Below, piece by piece: positions 62,235 to 64,000 of a stretch of 64,000 bases of DNA. The notes below the pieces were generated by a model. It was given only the letters and a program-made list of their open reading frames with translations, was not told the origin of the DNA and ran no database searches. Source of the DNA: Schmidtea polychroa. Taxonomy: Eukaryota. How positions within the stretch are numbered: the stretch's first letter is position 1; every line of letters begins with the position of its first letter. The position numbers and the translations under genes were made by a program. The stretch spans positions 31,126,001 through 31,190,000 of the forward strand of contig CM097885.1 in NCBI GenBank assembly GCA_044892525.1. Direction: 5' to 3'.

Positions 62235-63367
62235 ATGATAAAGTGCATAGGTGCAGGGTTGGCTGGGATCTCGCTTCAAAATCATTGATAACCGACGATC
62301 TCATTCAAATCTACACCTCTATAATTAAATAGAAATAATGAAAACAAAGTTTCAATAATAATAATTTATAATTCACAATGAAATCGTCCTTAATTACAAT
62401 CTCAGAAAAATCAAAATCAAAAATTTGGCATAAGAGTAAGCATTAGCATTTGCATTTTTTTTTGCTTAAAAAGTGACGAAATGTGTTAGTTTATATAGCC
62501 TCTGTTTGACGTGTAAGTATACATGCGTGCATTGATGCAGTAAAACAAATTCAGATTATTTTAATTCTCGAACATTCGATTTTTAATTTTTATCGATTTT
62601 GATGGCGATTTTTCAGTAAGAATTTTTGTTTTTATTTTTGAAATTTTATTTTCGAATTATTTTTTATTAAATTTGCCTCCATGATGGATTTCAGCATTTC
62701 CAGAACATTTCATGCTAAATTTAATCTATTTCTTATTTTTAAATTGTTTTTTATGATTTCTTTTCTAAAATATTTATTTTTTATAAATTTTATTGGGTCG
62801 TTTGGCCTTCTATTTTAGTTTAAAAAATAAATATTTTAGAAAAGAAATCATAAAAAACAATTTAAAAATAAGAAATAGATTAAATTTAGCATGGAATGTT
62901 CTGGAAATGCTGAAATCCATCATGGAGGCAAATTTAATAAAAAATAATTCAAAAACAAAATTCCAAAAATAAAAACAAAAATTCTTACTGAAAAATCGTC
63001 ATCAAAATCGATAAAAATTAAAATTCGAATGTTCGAGAATTAAAATAATCTGAATTTGTTTTACTGCATCAATGCACGCATGTATACTTACACGTCAAAC
63101 AGAGGCTATATAAACTAACACATTTCGTCACTTTTCAAGGAAAAAAATGCAAATGAATATTTTTACTCTTATGCCAAATTTTTGGTTTTGATTTTTCTGA
63201 GATTGTAGGTAAGGACGATTTCATTGTGAATTATAAATTATTATTATTGAAACCTTGTTTTCATTATTTCTTTTTAACTATAGAAATGTAGGTTTGAGTG
63301 AGATCGTCGGTTATCATTGATTTTGAAGCGAGATCCCAGCCAACCCTGTACCTATGCACTTTATCAT
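62235..63367. repeat. Foldback palindrome, arms about 550 bp, spacer about 36 bp (62784-62819)
   Basis: ATGATAAAGTGCATAGGTGCAGGGTTGGCTGGGATCTCGC... versus ...GCGAGATCCCAGCCAACCCTGTACCTATGCACTTTATCAT; arms differ by scattered substitutions. Confidence 0.93.
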
Positions 63368-64000
63368 CGATGAGTAAACAGCCCACAATGATTGCAGGCC
63401 ACTGCCTGGCACGCAATTATCAATATTATTGGTTTCTTTTTGTTCGGTCATCGGAGGTCGTCCACTTCATGGTTCTGCCATGGAGTTGAGTCGTTAAAAT
63501 CCCTCCGTTATGACTCTAGCTAGTTATTATAGGTCGACATTAAGGCTTGCCGTAGCGGACACAGTGTGGCCGTGTAAACAAGCACTCTTCCCGACTTTCA
63601 ATACATGAATAACTTACATAGTTAAAATCTACATCCAAAATCATCACAATACAATACACTAAGGTTAATAAACAAAGTAGATCTCAGACCTAAATTAATC
63701 ACAACTCTACAATTCACAATTAATGTAGACGGTTAAATATCATCAAGAACCAACTCTACCTATGCGTTTGTCGAATCTAGATTTATAAAAGTCTTAAATC
63801 AATTTTCTAGTAATAGTGTAAAGTAAAGATCTTTTAAAAATGATTGATTTAGTAGTGATAGTATTCATAAAGGTGTTCGACATGCGTATCAGCAAGACTT
63901 GGATTTTAAATTGAATAGACTCTAAACTAACTATAAAAATACAAATCGTAACCCACGAAAGTATAAATTATCCTCTCAATTTCATAAAAATATGAATTAT

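Overview
Very AT-rich, repeat-dense animal genomic DNA with short (~36-72 bp) GT-AG introns and long (TA)n/(AAT)n tracts. The style is consistent with a flatworm/planarian-like genome (inference). Host genes, all on the minus strand: the first two coding exons of a netrin, a complete 4-exon CIAO1, an intronless HDHD1/PUDP-like HAD phosphatase with an SPKK-repeat N-terminus broken by one in-frame TAG, and an intronless PIM-like kinase with a C-terminal hydrophobic anchor. The rest is mostly transposable elements: an internally deleted Ty3/Gypsy with ~115-bp LTRs and a clear -1 frameshift cassette, hAT elements and MITEs with 8-bp TSDs (one with an intact transposase), pogo/Tigger and Tc1/DD34E relics, and Polinton/Maverick relics. 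The most striking structure is large, diverged palindromes: a 10.5-kb Polinton-ended element (17165-27677) holding nested inverted repeats, an iterated ~60-bp motif and a GC-rich hairpin island; an 8.8-kb inverted duplication centred on a pogo-like transposon (30807-39580); and a 1.13-kb foldback (62235-63367). No rRNA, tRNA or CRISPR array is supported.
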